From Eledone cirrhosa (taxonomy: Eukaryota), in assembly GCA_964016885.1 (NCBI GenBank), contig OZ024743.1:182094001-182158000 (forward strand): a DNA stretch of 64,000 nucleotides, given 5' to 3'. The notes under the pieces were generated by a model. It was not told the DNA's origin, did not search any database, and saw only the letters and a program-made list of their open reading frames with translations. The position numbers and the translations under genes were made by a program. Shown one piece after another: positions 32,405 through 49,778 of this stretch (positions within the stretch are counted from its first letter, which is position 1; each line of letters begins with the position of its first letter).

Positions 32405-34347
32405 AGAGGGAGAGTAGACAGATACATAGGCAGAACAAAGTCATAGAAATTTAGTGGATATATGTTTGATAATGATTAAAGGAAATTATTGTAGTTTATT
32501 TAAATGAACGTAAAATGAAATATGTCGATTACTGTAGTTAAAAGAATGAAGTCAGGGAATATCACCGGTCGTGTGAAGTACAAAGTGTATTAATTAGGAA
32601 ATAATAGTTTCAGGAAAACTATTTTTGTTTATTTCTTTGTTTGCTTTATTATTTAAGGGAGACAACTGTAGATAACTTTCATATTGATATTCAATATTTA
32701 GTCTAAATTTTAATTGGAATTTTTATGACTGTTGACACAGTATAGCCAAATCATTGGAACCCATTTCCTGTCTACCCATGCCTTGTTTGTGAAATTAGGG
32801 AGACGAAAACTATTTAGAAATCCATCTATGATACAAAGGGCCAGCCCCAGCCTTTTCACACATTGTGTTCCGCTGAATCTCCCGGAGAATAGCGCCAACA
32901 CACTTCTTCTTATCCTCTTCCTCTTTCAATCCTTTCTATATTTCATCTGCCTGTCACCCACCTTATAGATGGTCTCTCTGTCGAGCACTGGCCGCTGGTC
33001 TCTGTCCTCTGGGGCATTTTTACCCATCGCTGTCTTTGACAGCATTTGGTTGTTTTAACGGCTGTTCAAGCGATGAGATTTCTCATTTTTATATGTATAC
33101 AAATACACTGTAGCTTCGTCTTGATCAGAGATAACATCATTTTTTCATTTAACAATCAATTAGTTTGTCACGACGAGGAAGTTTTAAAATGGATTATCTC
33201 CCATGCTTACCGAAATAATTCAAATATTAGACACTGACTAATATTGTTGTCGTTGTTGTTGTTGTTTTTCATTGTTTAATTATTTTTAATTAACTATTTA
33301 ATGCTACATTAAATACACCATTAATGCAAACATTTGCTCGTTAAAGTGTCTTGCCCAAGAAAATAGAACAATGATTTTAGTTTGGTTTATTGTTACGTCC
33401 CTTTACGTTCTGAGTTCTAACACCACCGAGCTTATCTTTGCCTTTCATTCTTTCAGGATCGATAAAATAAAGTATCGGCAATGCACTGGTATCGATTTAA
33501 TCGACTTCCCCTCCCCCTAAATGGTTGGCCTTGTGTCTAAAATAGAAACCATTAGCCTTGACGCATAGAGTTACGGCCCTTGCAATTCTGAGTTCAAATC
33601 CCGCCGAGGTTAACTTTGCCTTTCATCCTTACGGGGTCGATAAAATAAAGTACCAGTAATGTACTGAGTATTTGCTGGCCTTGTGCCAAAAGTAGAAACA
33701 ATTATTAAGAAAAGTATTGCAAATCCCGATAACTCAGTCTCAATATTGTGATAAATTCGAGTTAAATAGGAATGACCTCCCTTTATTAATGATGAAACCA
33801 TTTTTTTCATTTCGTTTCTTTTGTGTTGTTTATTGAACAGTTTATTGAAATATCTTTTCTAAAACTATCTTTATTCAATAACAGCTGCCTTAAAATAAAC
33901 AGTTTGCGTTCAATTCTGTCTGTGTGCATTATTCATTCATCTGAAATTTATAAAATAACTACCAACAACTTGCAACGATTATCTCATTCAATACACTAAT
34001 ATTAATTACATAAATAAGCGTATGGTGGATAGAAAAATGGGCAGAGTGTATGATAGAATGATTTGTGATATTTTGTTATTCCTCAGGTTTTTAGTTCAAA
34101 TTGCGCCAAAATCAAATTTCCTTTTGTTCTTCCCTAATCGATAAAATAAACACTGACCACGTTCTGGGGTCTGTCTACATAATATCTCTTCCTAGGGCAT
34201 CTTAGGTGTAATTATTATTATAGGAAGACATTCTAATTTGTCGACAAAAAAAGGAAGAAAGACTATATTTTACGGTAGTTTTCTATAATTTCGTTTTTAT
34301 ATTTATATGTATAAACACACACATGCACATAGAAATATATATATATA

Positions 34348-35162
34348 CTAGCTGAGGTACCCGGTAATACTCGGGAACGGGGGTAATCCCAGTTCCCATT
34401 AAAATGCCCAATGCCTCTCAGACCAAAAATGAAATCAAAATATAGGACAGATAATGAAAAGCGAAGACAAATTCATTTACGAAACAATAATACAAACAAA
34501 TATTGTTGATTGCATTGGTCAGGTGAAAAAATGTTTGTCAGAGAAGGTGAGTGTTGCTATAAGGAAAAAAATAGAACCCCCCCGTTAGGGGGTTTCATTG
34601 CTAAAATTTTATGAATAGGCATCATATCTTGTCATTTATCTATGGTTTAAATTTCATATAAATCGAAGGGAAAACATTTTCAGCGGGTGTTTTGTGCCCC
34701 CGGGGAACCTTTTGATTAAAAAAATATACTTATCCAAGTACCCTGGGCAATGTAGTTTCAGAATATATATGGTTATGGGGGTCTACCTCCAAAACCAGAC
34801 GAAGAGTTCGTGAAATCTTGTTCCATTTATTGGCCAAAATTTTCACTATAGGGGATTTAACCCCCATTAGGGTGTCACAATATTATTAAAATTTACTGGT
34901 ATTTTGTGAATAGGAATCATAACTTGTCATTTACCTATGGTTTAAATTTCATATAAATCGAAGGGAAAAAATTAAGCGGGGATTCTCAGCGGAGGTTTGA
35001 ACCCCCGAGGAACCCTTTGATTAAAATGAAATATACGTAAAAAATCAAATGGGCATAAGCCCCACACATGTGTCAAGTTTCATCAAGATCTGTTTGGTAG
35101 TTTTTGAGTTTTAGGTTCACAAACAAACAGACAGAAATTGCTATTTATGTATATATATATAG
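34348..35162 (-). mobile_element. Non-autonomous Helitron-like element
   Basis: Minus-strand 3' hairpin cccgagtattaccggg + CTAG end; 5' ctatatatat..tctgtctgtttg; internal ~120-bp duplication. Confidence 0.7.
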
Positions 35163-35254
35163 TTAAATATTAGACAGGAACAAAAACAGAAAGGCAGTAC
35201 AAATGGTAGTTTATTAGGTTCACGCTTTTGAGAGTGTGGGGGAGGGGGTATGTA

Positions 35255-36355
35255 TATATATTTGTTAGGTAATTCCGAAGAAAAAGCAAAGGAAGAAAAG
35301 AGTGCTCTCGGAATTATCTAACAAATATATATATATAGAACAGAGCTATAAAAATATATAAATATATAAATATATTTTGTTGTTGAAAGAATGTGATAAA
35401 GGCAAAGGAAAAGCGAGTGCTCTATGTATAGAACAGAGCTATAAAAATATTTTGTTGTTGAAAGTATGTGATAAAGGCCCAGGGTGATTAAAATAAGAGA
35501 GAATGTTCAGGAAAAGATGAAGTCAATAAGTGAATATAAGTGTAAAATAAGTGCTGAATATGTAAAAAAAAGTTCAGGGTGTTTAAAATAAGAGAGAGTG
35601 TTCGTGGTTAAAATAATAGAGAGTGTTCAAGGTAAATGAAGAAATGGATAAACTAGGTGTAATATAAAACAAAAGTGTTGGAAGTATGTGGTAAAGGGCC
35701 ATGGTGGTAAAAATAAGAGATAGTGTTCAGGAAATGATGAAGTCAATAAGTGAATAATATGAGTGTAAAATAAAATAAAATAGAATAAAATAAGTGTTGA
35801 ATATGTAAAAAGGGTGTTTAAAATAAGAGAGAGTGTTCGTGGTAAAGTAAGAGTGATTGTTCAAGGTAAAAGTAAGGGGAAAGAAGAAATGAATAAAATA
35901 GGTGTAATATAAAATAAGGATATAATATAAGTGTTGAATGTGTGGTAAAGGTCCATAGTGTTTAAAGTAAGAGAGAGTGTTCAAGGTGTAATATATGATA
36001 AGTGTTGAATGTGTGAAAAGGGGAGAGTGTTCAATGTGGGTAAGTGTCCAAAATGATGTTTTGATGCCGAGAAAGGAGATGAGTTCTTAAAAAAAGATAC
36101 TATGTATACATGAGTATTTTAACCACCCTGAACTTTTTTACATATTCAACACTTATTTTATTTTACTTTATTTTATTTTACACTTATATTATTCACTTAT
36201 TGACTTCATCTTTTCATGAACATTCTCTCTTATTTTAAACACCCCGGGCCTTTATCACATACTTTCAACAACAAAATATTCTTATAGCTCTGTTCTATAC
36301 ATAGAGCACTCGTTTTCCTTTGCTTTTTCTTCGGAATTACCTAACAAATATATTT
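35255..36355. repeat. Rearranged inverted/tandem pLTR-type repeat related to 50170-50237
   Basis: gttaggtaattccgaagaaaaagcaaagg motif and its reverse complement; 36115-36355 mirrors parts of 35255-35590. Confidence 0.55.
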
Positions 36356-36499
36356 TTATATACATATATATTTTATATATATATATATATATGTGTGTGT
36401 GTAAATGAAGTAATTCCGTCGGGAAAGTCCAGGAAAAAAGAGTGCTCTATATAGGTTACAGAGCTTAATAGTTATGTAATAAACAACATAAGATAATTA

Positions 36500-36560
36500 T
36501 TTCATTTACCAGTGGTTTCTTGAAAGCAAACAAAATTTGCTTTCAATCATCAGAATGAAA
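36500..36560 (-). ncRNA. Type I hammerhead in a 260-bp fold-back element (36469-36728)
   Basis: Minus strand: tttcatt CTGATGA ttgaaagcaaa-ttttg-tttgctttcaa GAAA ccactgg TA aatgaaa. Confidence 0.85.
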
Positions 36561-36728
36561 AAATCCTGGTGTATTTATTGACAATGGATTTTAAAAACAA
36601 AAATATAATCTATATAGATTATATTTTTGTTTTTAAAATCCATGATGATTGAAGGCACATTTTGTTTGCTTTCAAGAAACCACTGGTAAATGAAATAATT
36701 ATCTTATGTTGTTTATTACATAACTATA

Positions 36729-39700
36729 TATCATCATCATCATCATCATCATCATTTTACGTCCGCTTTTCCCTGCTTGCAAGGGTGGGACGGGTCTTAT
36801 TCAGCACAGCATCTCTCCACTCGTCACGGTCCCTCGTCATCTCCACCGTGAGCTTCAATGATCTGAGGTCTGTTCTCACCACCTCCGCCCATGTTTTTCG
36901 TGGTCTACCTCTACGACGTCTTCCTCGGTCATCCTCCATGCGCATCACATGTCCATACCACCTCAGTCTCCTCTCCTGTACACTACATTCTATCCCTCTC
37001 AGACACAGTTTCTCTCTCAACACATTTATGCTGGGTCGTTCACGCACATTTACACTGCACATCCAACGGAGCATGCTTGCCTCATTTCTCTCCAGCCATC
37101 GCATATCCTCTGCAGTTGCTGCCCATGTCTCACTACCATGCAGCATCGCGCTCCTCACACAGGCATCATACAACCGGCCTTTCGTACGCAGGGAGAAACC
37201 CTTCTTCGTCAACAGAGGAAGCAGCTCCCTAAACTTCTTCCAACCCGTCCATATTCTAGATACTATGGCCTCGGAACGCCCTCCTCCTATGCTAATCTGA
37301 TCTCCTAGGTACCGGAAGCTATCCACCACTTCTATAGCGCCCTCTTGCATTTGAAAAATGTGTCTATCAGTGCGACTTCTACTGTCTAATTTCCCTGTAC
37401 ATCTACTGCATACATATTTCTCCCTACCTGTTAGTTTGCCTGCTATCCCGCTACATCTCTTGTGTACCCAGGATCTGCATTGTGTGCATTTTATAGAATT
37501 TATGCCAGTTCCTTTTCTGCATATCGAACATGGCCATTTCCCTGACGGAATCAGGATTTTGTCCTCTTTTCTACTCATCAACACTTTTGTCTTAGCTAGA
37601 TTTACTCTCAGTCCACTTGCTTCCAACTGCTGTTTCCATAGCCAGAATATATTCTCTAGCTCCTCTACTGATTCTGCTATAAGAACCAGATTGTCAGCAT
37701 AGAGTAGTTCCCATGGACAGCCAGTCTTAAGCTCCTCTGTTATGGCTTGGAGAACTATAATGAACAAGAGCGGGCTGAGGACCGAACCCTGATGTACTCC
37801 TACTTGTATCTGGAATTCCTCACTAAACTCCATTCCTACCCTGACTTTACTGAGAGTACCTCTGTACAAAGTTTGCACTGTCCTCACAAGCCATTCCTCA
37901 ACACCCAGCTTCCTTAGGGACCACCAGATGACAGATCGGGGTACCCTATCAAAGGCCTTCTCTAGGTCAACAAAGGCTAAGTATAGTGGCTTATTCTTCT
38001 CTAAGAACCTCTCTTGCAATTGTCTCACCAAGAAGAGGGCATCTGTTGTACTCTTCCCAGGCACAAAACCAAACTGCATCTCATCTAGTTTGACCCTTTC
38101 TCTAATTAGTTGTGCTTAAATCCTTTCTGCCACTTTCATAACCTGATCTATCAGTTTTATACCCCTATAATTGCTCCTCTCCAAAGCATCCCTTTTACCT
38201 TTGTAGCAATTTATGAGAATACTGCTGCACCAGTCTTTGGGTATGACACCACTTTGGGTATATAGCCTGATTGATGATGCGTGCAACCAGTTTAGTGCCT
38301 ACGTCCCGTGATGCCTTCAGCATCTCAGCAACTATTCCCGATGGTCCGGCAGCCTTACCATTTTTCATTTCCCTAATCGCCTCTTGGACCCTATATTCGT
38401 CAATCTCAATAGCTGGTCCCTCTGTCGAATCTACCAAGGGTAATTTCTCTCTCTCCCATTCGTTCTCCACATTCATCAGTCTCTCATAATGACATTTCCG
38501 GGCCTCCTTTTTCTGATCATTCGTGACACTAAGTACACCGGCATCATCCCGGACACATTTATCTCCAACAACATCCTGATTTGCATTGACACACTGCCTT
38601 GCAATGTGGAACACCGCACGCCTCTGATCTTCCCGTCGCAGAACATTGGCAAACCTCCTACTCTCTGCCTCCCTACGTGCTAAGTACACCTGACGTCTAG
38701 CTTCTCTCTTAGTGGCTGTATATTCTTCCCTACTCCCACCCTTTTTCCAAGCCTTCCATGCTAGTCTTTTGTCTCTAATAGCCTTATCTACTGTGCTGTT
38801 CCACCACCAGGTCACTCTCTGTCTGGTTGGAGCTCTGCTCCAGCCACAGGTTTCAACAGTAGCCTGCAGCAAGTTGTCACGTAAGAAATTCCAGTTATTA
38901 TCTTTGTCATACGTCTCTAAATCGTCTTCTTTTTCGTTATATACATCTTGATGGGCTTTCCTAAATTTGTATTTTAGTGAAAGGACCTTTCTTCTCCACA
39001 CCTTCCTATATGTCTCATTCCATCTCTTGCTTACTGAGATATCACTAACAACTAACCTATGCTGTGGGGTACATTCTTCCCCAGGGTATGCCTTGGTATT
39101 AGACACTATCTGCCTGTCCCGCTGCCTAACTAGTAAGAAGTCAATCTGGCTTATGTGCTCACCAGATTTGTAGGTTATTAGGTGATTGGCAGGTTTCTGG
39201 AAGTTTGTGTTGCAAATAGTCAGTGTACTTGCATCACAAAATTCAAGAAGTCTCACTCCTTCATTTCTTGAACCGTAACCGTGCCCACCATGTACCCCAG
39301 TGTAACCATCCTGGAGCTGTCCAACATGACCATTGAAGTCTCCTGCTAGCATAACGATGTCTCCGTCCTCTGTCATTGCGGTTGTTTGCAAAAGTTGCTC
39401 ATAAAAGCAGTCTTTCTCATCTTTGCCTAGGCCTGCTTGGGGAGCATAGGCCGAGATGATTGTCAGTAGTCTCCTACCTACAACTAATCTAAGCTTAATT
39501 ATTCGATTACTAACTCGAACTACCTCTATTGACTTATTGATCCATTTCTCAGCCAGGAAAATGCCTACTCCCCCTAGCCCATCATCCTTACCTACCCAGA
39601 ATAGCTTATAGCTAAGACGCTTGCCTACGACTAGTCTCGCAGAGGCACCTCTCCATCTCACCTCTTGCACGCAACACACATCCACCTGCCTTCTCTCCAG

Positions 39701-39965
39701 CATCCCCGCTATTTCAGCAGATCTACCTCTGAGAGTGCCAACATTAAGTGTTGCAACTCTGAGATGCGACGTCTTCATATTTTGTTGTTGTTCCTATTTG
39801 TTGCTGTGCTGATAAGCGTTTTGGCATTGATACACTGGTTGGATGCCCTTCCTACACCAGCGCCACTTTACAGCATGGACTGGGTGCTTTTATTTGTGCC
39901 ACCAGCACTAGAGAGGATGTCTTACTAGAGGGGCCCTCTCTACCCCTCCATTTTACAGCATGGTC
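36729..39965 (-). mobile_element. RTE-clade LINE, near full length, inactive (frameshift, YADN instead of YADD)
   Basis: ORFs 38195-39778 (APE) and 36757-38079 (RT); (ATG)n tail. Confidence 0.93.
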
Positions 39966-40002
39966 ATTAAAAAAATTTAAAAAAACATATATATATATAT
40001 AT

Positions 40003-40868
<866 letters not shown>

Positions 40869-41121
40869 CTGTGTGTATGCATTTGTATATTTGTGTGTGT
40901 ATTTTTGCATGCTTCTATGTTTATACTTTCACTGGACATGTGATTGTATATATGTATATGTGTGTGACGTTTTTGTATCATTTTGTCCGACCACTTATCT
41001 ATATTTTTATTTTATTCCATTTTATTTTATTTTATTTTATTTTGCTTTATTTTATTTTTCCCTTGTATTTACGTATGTACATGTCTGCAGACGAGTGTGT
41101 TAATACGCTTCTGTCTATTCC

Positions 41122-41209
<88 letters not shown>

Positions 41210-41217
<8 letters not shown>

Positions 41218-43266
41218 ATACTTTGGGAGGGTCATGTTGCCAATAAGAAACACACGCACCAGTTGCTTTCACTTCAATTTATTATAATAAATTTATAAAT
41301 TTAGGAATTTATAAATTTCTGGTTGGTTGGTTGGTTCCACAACCAGATAGTTGTTTATATATTGTCAAAGTTCTTTCGTCACACATTCTGTGACCTCTTC
41401 AGTGACTGGGGATTCTTTTCTTTGTTTTTGTGCCTCTCCTTTGTTCTGTCCTACGCCATTTTGTTTCTGTGTGTGTGTTGTGTGTTCAGTCTGCGCATGC
41501 GCCACATCCGTGTGTCTGTGTGTGTTTATATACGTTTATTTATTTGTTTATTTACATGTTACCGGTTGGTTGTTTGTTCTATGTGCGTGTGTGTTTTCAT
41601 TTTGTCTTTAATTGTAAGTTGCGATGTTGCTGTTCCACTCATATTTTCTATTTAATTTTGGTTGTAATTCTTTTATGTTTATTGCCTCTGTGATTTGTCT
41701 AAACATTGCGTCTTTTCTGTGTGTAGATTCTATTTTTATTTCTATGTTCTCTAATTTACCCTTATGTTCTATTTTAGCATGTTGGTAGAGTACAGATGAT
41801 TTTTTACTATCTTGAAGGTCTCGTCAGTGTTCATTTATCCGTTCCCCTACACTACGAGCTGTCTCACCTATGTACACTATATTTTTGTCTCTACATTGTC
41901 CTTCAGTAAATCTTATGCTATACACTACATTTCTAGTTTTACAGTTAATATGGGGCTTATTTTACAGGTTATACATTTCTTATCTATACAGGAGGGGGTC
42001 TTTGAAAAGGGTATGTCTTGCTAATAAGTGTTTTTACAGAGGTACCTGGTCTTTCTACTATCTTAATATTGAGTTTATGTTTATCTAGGGCCCTTCTAAA
42101 TTTGTAAGCTAATTCACTTCTAGGGGTTGTATCGATGAACATTACACTCTGGTATTTATTGCTATCATACCATGAGTTTATTCTATTAGCCTTATTCCTA
42201 GTTCTTTCTATTCTATTCCAAAATGTGCTCCTATACAAGGGGCAGGTCCCATTTATGTCATTATTTACCATTTTTTCCCATTTGGTTCTGGCTCCTCTAT
42301 ACACTCTGATTTTATCTCTCTGATTGTAGCCAGAGAACTGCATACGGTGGATGAAGTGTTGTATGTGTCTCTCTAGTACTTCGGGGTTGCACATGCGGGA
42401 CACATTTCTAATCACCCGTACCAAATCCGCAATCAGTATGTTGATTTTGGTATGGTCCTAAATGGCCGAGTTTCGGTGGATTAGATGTTTGGAAGTCATG
42501 GGTTTGGCATAATGGGAATGGAGGATTTGTTTTTTGTTATTAATGGTATCTAACCAGAGCTCTGTGTCTAGTACAGGTAATCGATGGTTGGGGTGTTTAC
42601 TTGGGTAGTCTATAGTAACTCTAATACTCTGGTGGATGGAGTTAGCTATTTGCTGGATGCTTTCCATTGTGTTTTTCTCTAGTTCCTGACTGTTCTCTAG
42701 TGGGGGTGTCTTAACTACGATGTTTATATCATCAACGTAGCGGGAGTACATTATCAGGGTTAAGGGGTCTTCTAATTGTTCTTTACAATTAAAGACAAAA
42801 ATTACAATTAAAGACAAAATGAAAACACACACGCACATAGAACAAACAACCAACCGGTAACATGTAAATAAACAAATAAATAAACGAATATAAACACACA
42901 CAGACACCCAGATGTGGCGCATGCGCAGACTGAGCACACAACACACACACAGAAACAAAATGGCGTAGGACAGAACAAAGGAGAAGCACAAAAACAAAGA
43001 AAAGAATCCCCAGTCACTGAAGAGGTCACAGAATGTGTGACGAAAGAACTTTGACAATATATAAACAACTATCTGGTTGTGGAACCAACCAACCAACCAG
43101 AAATTTATAAATTCCTAAATTTATAAATTTATTATAATAAATTGAAGTGAAAGCAACTGGTGCGTGTGTTTCTTATTGGCAACATGACCCTCCCAAAGTA
43201 TAACAATATCGGTTTCAACACACGATTTCAGATAAAGAATATGCCAAACAAATTCAAAAACGAAAT
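41210..43266 (-). mobile_element. PLE family B 5'-truncated copy (RT C-terminus + GIY-YIG + pLTR) with inverted pLTR at 42785-43266
   Basis: YSRYVDD..LPVLD..ERPGTSVK, near-identical to the 22-26 kb copy. Confidence 0.9.
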
Positions 43267-43286
43267 ATATATATATATATATATAT

Positions 43287-44460
<1,174 letters not shown>

Positions 44461-44931
44461 TGTGTGTGTTTGTGTGTGGATGCGTATTTGTTATATGTAT
44501 TTACTTTTTTACTTATGATTTCGCAGCCGTAACGTTCATATACATGTGTGTGTGTGTATATATATAAGTGTATGTGTGGTTGTGTGTATGTGTGTATGTA
44601 TAAGTGTGTGTGTGTATGCCTATATATGTATATGATCGTATGTATATATATGCGTATATATATATATGCGTGTGTGTGTGTGTATTTGCAGACTAGTGTG
44701 TTTATACACTTGTGTCTATACCATGTGTGTGTATATATATATATATGTATATATACATGTGTATATATATATGCATATATATATATATATAGTATATGTG
44801 TGTGTGTATATGTATATGTGTGTGTGTATGTATATGTCTGTATATGTATTTATGTGTGTGTGCGCGTGTGTATATATATATGTGTGTATAAGTGTATGTC
44901 CATGTATGTTTGTGTATATATATATATATAT

Positions 44932-47900
44932 AAATTAATAAAGTAATGAATAAACAAAGAAACAGTTCCTTATATTAAAAAAATTCATCATTTTACGATC
45001 GTTTCTAGGATATATATGTGTTGGTATGCATATTCTATAGATCTATGTAAAATATTTATACAAACTATCAGAGGGAATATACATACCTACACACATATAT
45101 GCTGTTTTCTTTTCAACATAAATGCTTCCTTTCCCCACCTTAAAGGTGGTTTATATCGTGACGACTGTCTTCTTCTTTCCAATAACCTTAGCCTCTCAGA
45201 GATAGAAAAAAATAAAAAGCTTATTAGAACTTTCCTTAAAGACTATTATAGTCTAGATATTACATTTGAAAACACAAGTAAAGTAGTTAATTTCCTTGAT
45301 ATAACATTAGACTTATCTACGGGTATCTACCAACCTTACCATAAACCTAACCAAAATTTACACTACATACACTCACAATCTAATCACCCTAAATCTATCC
45401 TTAAAAACCTTGCATATAATATATCACTTAGAATTTCTAACCTTTCGTCTAACCAGGATGTATTTGATAAAAATGCGACCTTTTATAACGAAGCTCTAGC
45501 TAGAAGTGGCCACAAAAATAAATTAGTATATATACCTTGTACCAATAACACTACAAACACACAACCTAATATTACCAACAAACACCAAATGAAACATACA
45601 CACCTAAATGCCACTCACACTATACCCCAAAATACCAACATAAAACCAAATTTCTCTAACTCTTCTAATCTATATATATAAAACTGTGGTTGTCTGTCTG
45701 TCTATCGATTTTTGGCACACATCTCCTCTTAGAATCTCTCACGGAATTGCACCGAAATTGCTATACTTGTACATTGAGCCCTAGCGAAGACATCGGAAAA
45801 AAAAAAAATTTCAAATTGACCCACCCTATGTGACGAAATCGAATATAATGTATCGATTTTTGAGCGTAAGTTATCAGTTATTTCCCTTTGTTCTGTTTAC
45901 ATTGAGCGTCTTACGTAAAAAAATTACGCTGGCTTTCTCAGCGTTTAAAATGACATTAACACAATACACGAACAAAATTCATCAGTTCGAACACTAAGCT
46001 TCCGTTTTGCTTCATTTCCATTTAAAAGCATTTTAAAACAATATTTTTACTTGAAAACAAGTCTATTTAAAGACTACGTAAAACAAGCAAATATTTCGTC
46101 GTTAGGCGTGCAGACAGACAGTCGTGCAGAGAGGTGATATACACGTGCAGACAGATAGTCGTGCAGAGAGGTGATATAGGCGTGCAGACAGACAGTCGTG
46201 CAGAGAGGTGATATAGGCGTGCAGACAGACATAACTGATAATTTGGTTACGCTAATGTTTTTCTCTGCGTTGCAGTGTTTACATTTTCGATCTTTGTTAA
46301 TAAATAACCAGTGCAGTTTCTATCCCCAGCATCCTCTTTTGTTATAACATTCGGGTTATCGTTATGTTTTCTTAACTTCATAAGGCATATTGTTGGTTGA
46401 GGGAATATTAATCAAAAACACCACATGCAAGTCTGCACAGTAGACACTACAGTTTTTAAGCCAAGAAAGAAACTTAACATTGTAACTTTAACACAGCTAC
46501 TGAGCGACCCCGAGCAGCGCCGGGCTTTACTGCTAGTCTATCTATATATATAAAACTGTGGTTGTCTGTCTGTCTATCGATTTTTGGCACACATCTCCTC
46601 TTAGAATCTCTCACGGAATTGCACCGAAATTGCTATACTTGTACATTGAGCCCTAGCGAAAACATCGGAAAAAAAAAATTTCAAATTGACCCACCCTATG
46701 TGACGAAATCGAATATAATGTATCGATTTTTGAGCGTAAGTTATCAGTTATTTCCCTTTGTTCTGTTTACATTGAGCGTCTTACGTAAAAAATTACGCTG
46801 GCTTTAACAGTTGTCGAGCCAGCAAAATATTGACCTGCAAAATTCATCAGTTCGAACACTAAGCTTCCGTTTTGCTTCATTTCCATTTAAAAGCATTTTA
46901 AAACAATATTTTTACTTGAAAACAAGTCTATTTAAAGACTACGTAAAACAAGCAAATATTTCGTCGTTAGGCGTGCAGACAGACAGTCGTGCAGAGAGGT
47001 GATATACGCGTGCAGACAGACAGTCGTGCAGAGAGGTGATATAGGCGTGCAGACAGACAGTCGTGCAGAGAGGTGATATAGGCGTGCAGACAGACAGTCG
47101 TGCAGAGAGGTGATATAGGCGTGCAGACAGACATAACTGATAATTTGGTTACGCTAATGTTTTTCTCTGCGTTGCAGTGTTTACATTTTCGATCTTTGTT
47201 AATAAATAACCAGTGCAGTTTCTATCCCCAGCATCCTCTTTTGTTATAACATTCGGGTTATCGTTATGTTTTCTTAACTTCATAAGGCATATTGTTGGTT
47301 GAGGGAATATTAATCAAAAACACCACATGCAAGTCTGCACAGTAGACACTACAGTTTTTAAGCCAAGAAAGAAACTTAACATTGTAACTTTAACACAGCT
47401 ACTGAGCGACCCCGAGCAACGCCGGGCTTTACTGCTAGTATACAATATAGTAACTCTCAGAAAACCACTCATCCTACAACTCTAATAAATGGTAATAATA
47501 AAACTCCTAATAAACAAGCTAAAACACCTAAATCAATAAATCTAACTAAAAATGTGTGTGGTGAGGTCATTAACAATAATTCTCTTAATAAACATCAGGA
47601 TACATCCTATAAAAACAATAAACAACATCGAAACCGTAATAGACGAGTTACTTGGTATAATGCTCCATTTAATTTACAAATTAAGGATAATATACCTAAA
47701 AAATTCTTTAATATCCTAGAGAAGAACTTCCCGCCAAACCACAAATACCATCAAATTTTAAATAGATCAACGGTTAAATTCTCCTACTCAACAACCAAAA
47801 ACATAAAACAAAATATAAGTGCCTACAATGCACATAAATGTAAAAAAACCATGAGTATACCACCAGTACATCAAACTAACCATAATATCTCCTCGGATAC

Positions 47901-48613
47901 AGGATTCACGAAAAGTTGTAACTGTAGAAACAAGGCAAACTGCCCATTAAAAGGAAATTGCCTTGTTAATAACATAGTATATAAATGTAAAATTAACACT
48001 AAAGACTCAATTTATTCATATATAGGAGCTACCTCTAACAAATTTAAGGTAAGATTTAATACCCACAAACATAGCTTTAAAAATGCCGCACTAACTAATA
48101 CAACATCTCTAGTTGAAATAATTAATAATTATAGAAAGAGGAATATAGATTATGACCTGACCTGGAGTGTGCTCAAAAGGGCCACCCCTTATCAAAATAA
48201 TAGATATGAATGTAGATTATGTTCCCAAGAACTTTTTGAAATAATGAAATCTAAGGATATCCTATTAAATAAGCGACAGGAATTAATAATATCGTGTAAT
48301 CACAAACTGAGAAAAACCTTTAAATATTATAAACCTAATTAATATACATCCTAGAAATTAATATATAAACTGTTTTTAATTTAGTTAACCTATAATTAAT
48401 ATTCTACTACTGATGAACTACATAATTTTACTTTCCTTCTTACAACTATCATTTCCTAAAACTGATACCATTAAGTAAATATATATAATGCTTTAATTTC
48501 AGGTTATGACTCTATGTTCCTTGAAATCTCTATATATTTATTATAAATTTAACTCCCCCCCCCCAATAATTATATGTATGTGTATGTATGTATATGTGTA
48601 TATATGTATGTAT

Positions 48614-48693
<80 letters not shown>

Positions 48694-49778
48694 ATGTGTG
48701 TGTATATGTATGTATGTATGTATATATATATATATATATATATTATTTTTATATTCTTTTAATTTCCCCTCATCCTTAACAGCACTCTTCAACTACATCT
48801 AACTCTTATTTATCATATCTATATGTATTAGTATAATTTTATCAATATAAATATGCCCATCAATTAAATTAATTTATATTCTTTTCATGGATGTACTTTT
48901 TTCACTAACACTCTTATCGTAAAATTTTAGTCTCCTTGGATATTTGCATTGGCATTACTATTTTATAACAGCAACTGTTCGTATATCTTTTACTGACCTG
49001 ACCTATTTTCACCCCTAAAGTAACCTTCTCATTCTCCACACTCCATTCAAAACTGAAATCTACCTTCATCTACCCCTAAAATAAACTTCAATTACTACTA
49101 TTTTACCATTTGGCCAATTATTAACTTTCTATTGGTTAATTCTAAACCTGTTACCAAACAGACAGACTATATCAAATCTTTGTTGGTTTTATTCAATGAA
49201 CAAATAAAATTATTTCTGAGGTCAGCATACGACCTATTTTCATCCCTAAAATAATCTTTCATTCATAATATTCTTTTCCATCCAAAACTGAAATCTACCT
49301 TCCTCTACCCATAAATTAAGGTTCTTTTACTACTAGATTACTATCTTGACCTTCACTTTCTCTCTATTGGTCAATTCAAAACCTGTTCCCAAACAGACCT
49401 ATTGTATTGAATCTTTGTTTTTTTTCAATAAACAAATATCATTATTTCTGAAGACAGCATATATATGTGTAGGTATGTAACCCTAATTAGGTATGTAACT
49501 CTGATAGTTTGTATAAATATTTTACATAGATCTATAGAATATGCATACCAACACTAACACATATATATCCTAGAAACGATCGTAAAATGATGAATTTTTT
49601 TAATATAAGGAACTGTTTCTTTGTTTATTCATTACTTTATTAATTTATCTTGACTCTGTTTTCCGTTAATTTTCACCGAAAATAGTTTTTGAATACATCT
49701 TCTCTTTTCATGATATCCGGATTACATTGAGTTCTTCATACGGATTGGACACTACCGTAAATTTTTGGTAGATTTATC

